The translations under genes and the position numbers were made by a program. 52,409 bases of DNA from a virus. Its lineage: Duplodnaviria > Caudoviricetes. How positions within the stretch are numbered: the stretch's first letter is position 1; each line of letters opens with the position of its first letter. Location of the stretch: positions 1-52,409 of the IMG/VR virus record IMGVR_UViG_3300028588_000383. The stretch is one strand, 5' to 3'. The notes under the pieces were generated by a model that ran no database searches, had not been told where the DNA came from, and was given only the letters and a program-made list of their open reading frames with translations. Shown here piece after piece: positions 51,837-52,409 of the stretch.

Positions 51837-52409
51837 CGCCCATGGTGCGGGTCGGCGCACGCAGGATCGCCGAGGGCGGCGCAGCACGAATCCATGGACC
51901 GTGCGCACCGGCCCGGGCTTCTCGACCAAGCTCGCTGCCACCGGGGGTGACACGTCCAGCGTCTGCCGTGCCGGCTCGTTCTTCCCTACAGCATCCAGAC
52001 CACGGCGCGCCTTGTCCGCCGTCGACCGCTTGGCACTCGCGACGCGGGTCGTCAGGTCCTGGAGCATCGCAGCTGTGATCTCGACGGTGCCGTAGCGCGC
52101 TGGCCAGCCCGATACCAGCGGGTACGGCACGCCGAAGGCCTCGGCCTCTATTCGGGTCAGCGACTTCACCTCACCTCTCCCTTCGAGGTAGCGCGCCAGC
52201 GTCAATTTTTGCGACATTTTCGGGCCTTTTTTGCTACGCACCCTGTAAAGGTACTGTTCAGGTTCTGTTCTTGGCTGTTCAGGTAGGTCTTCAGGTGTTA
52301 CGGGCTTCGTTTTATCCCAGCAGAGCCTCGGTTCCAGAGCGTAACCCTCCCTAGAGCGGTCGACCAAAATCGACCTTTCGTGGAGGGCTACCGCATCCCA
52401 TGCTTTCGC
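51834..52409 (-). CDS. hypothetical protein, frame open to window edge (alternative start ATG 52217)
   Basis: No stop from 52409 to 51834. LT..EAEAFGVPYPL..GW motif in the C-terminal part. Confidence 0.55.
   Translation of the reverse strand, partial: AKAWDAVALHERSILVDRSREGYALEPRLCWDKTKPVTPEDLPEQPRTEPEQYLYRVRSKKGPKMSQKLTLARYLEGRGEVKSLTRIEAEAFGVPYPLVSGWPARYGTVEITAAMLQDLTTRVASAKRSTADKARRGLDAVGKNEPARQTLDVSPPVAASLVEKPGPVRTVHGFVLRRPRRSCVRRPAPWA

Larger units (their letters stand above)
164..52409. mobile_element. HK97-like temperate siphovirus prophage integrated at tRNA-Arg(TCT); right boundary outside window
   Basis: Complete head, tail, lysis, cI/cro and Q modules in lambdoid order, with a tRNA 3' fragment at the left edge. 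No tyrosine integrase or intact tRNA-Arg is in the window. Confidence 0.9.

Overview
A GC-rich betaproteobacterial region (Massilia/Oxalobacteraceae-like, inferred from the DUF4214-type flank and small-protein families). It is almost entirely one apparently intact lambdoid, HK97-type siphovirus prophage. The left end is at ~164-208, a tRNA-Arg(TCT) 3'-half att site with IHF sites and an inverted arm repeat, next to the end of a host DUF4214 gene. The right end and the expected tyrosine integrase lie beyond the window. Most genes are on the minus strand, in this transcription order: cro/cII region, beta-clamp-like gene, C5 methylase, Ref nuclease, SNF2-methylase fusion, Rha/ANT antirepressor, replication protein, Q-like antiterminator, late promoter and tRNA-Gly, HNH genes, terminase, portal, ClpP protease, capsid, a head-fibre-like cluster, neck, tail tube, frameshifted chaperones, tape measure, a minimal tail tip, a beta-helix protein, holin/GH19 endolysin/spanins, and an orphan imuA. 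On the plus strand, cI is followed by an unusual immunity-region cargo: a catalytically dead S24 paralogue, two tandem large serine recombinases, envelope proteins and a KilA-N gene. The most notable signals are: (1) the tandem recombinase pair with a divergent small gene that has a paralogue next to imuA; (2) LexA boxes at imuA, the late promoter, an HNH gene and possibly KilA-N; (3) two predicted cis-antisense sRNA cassettes with SymE/SymR-like architecture; and (4) DUF4214-like domains in the tape measure protein. All product calls come from motif recognition and gene order. No database searches were run.
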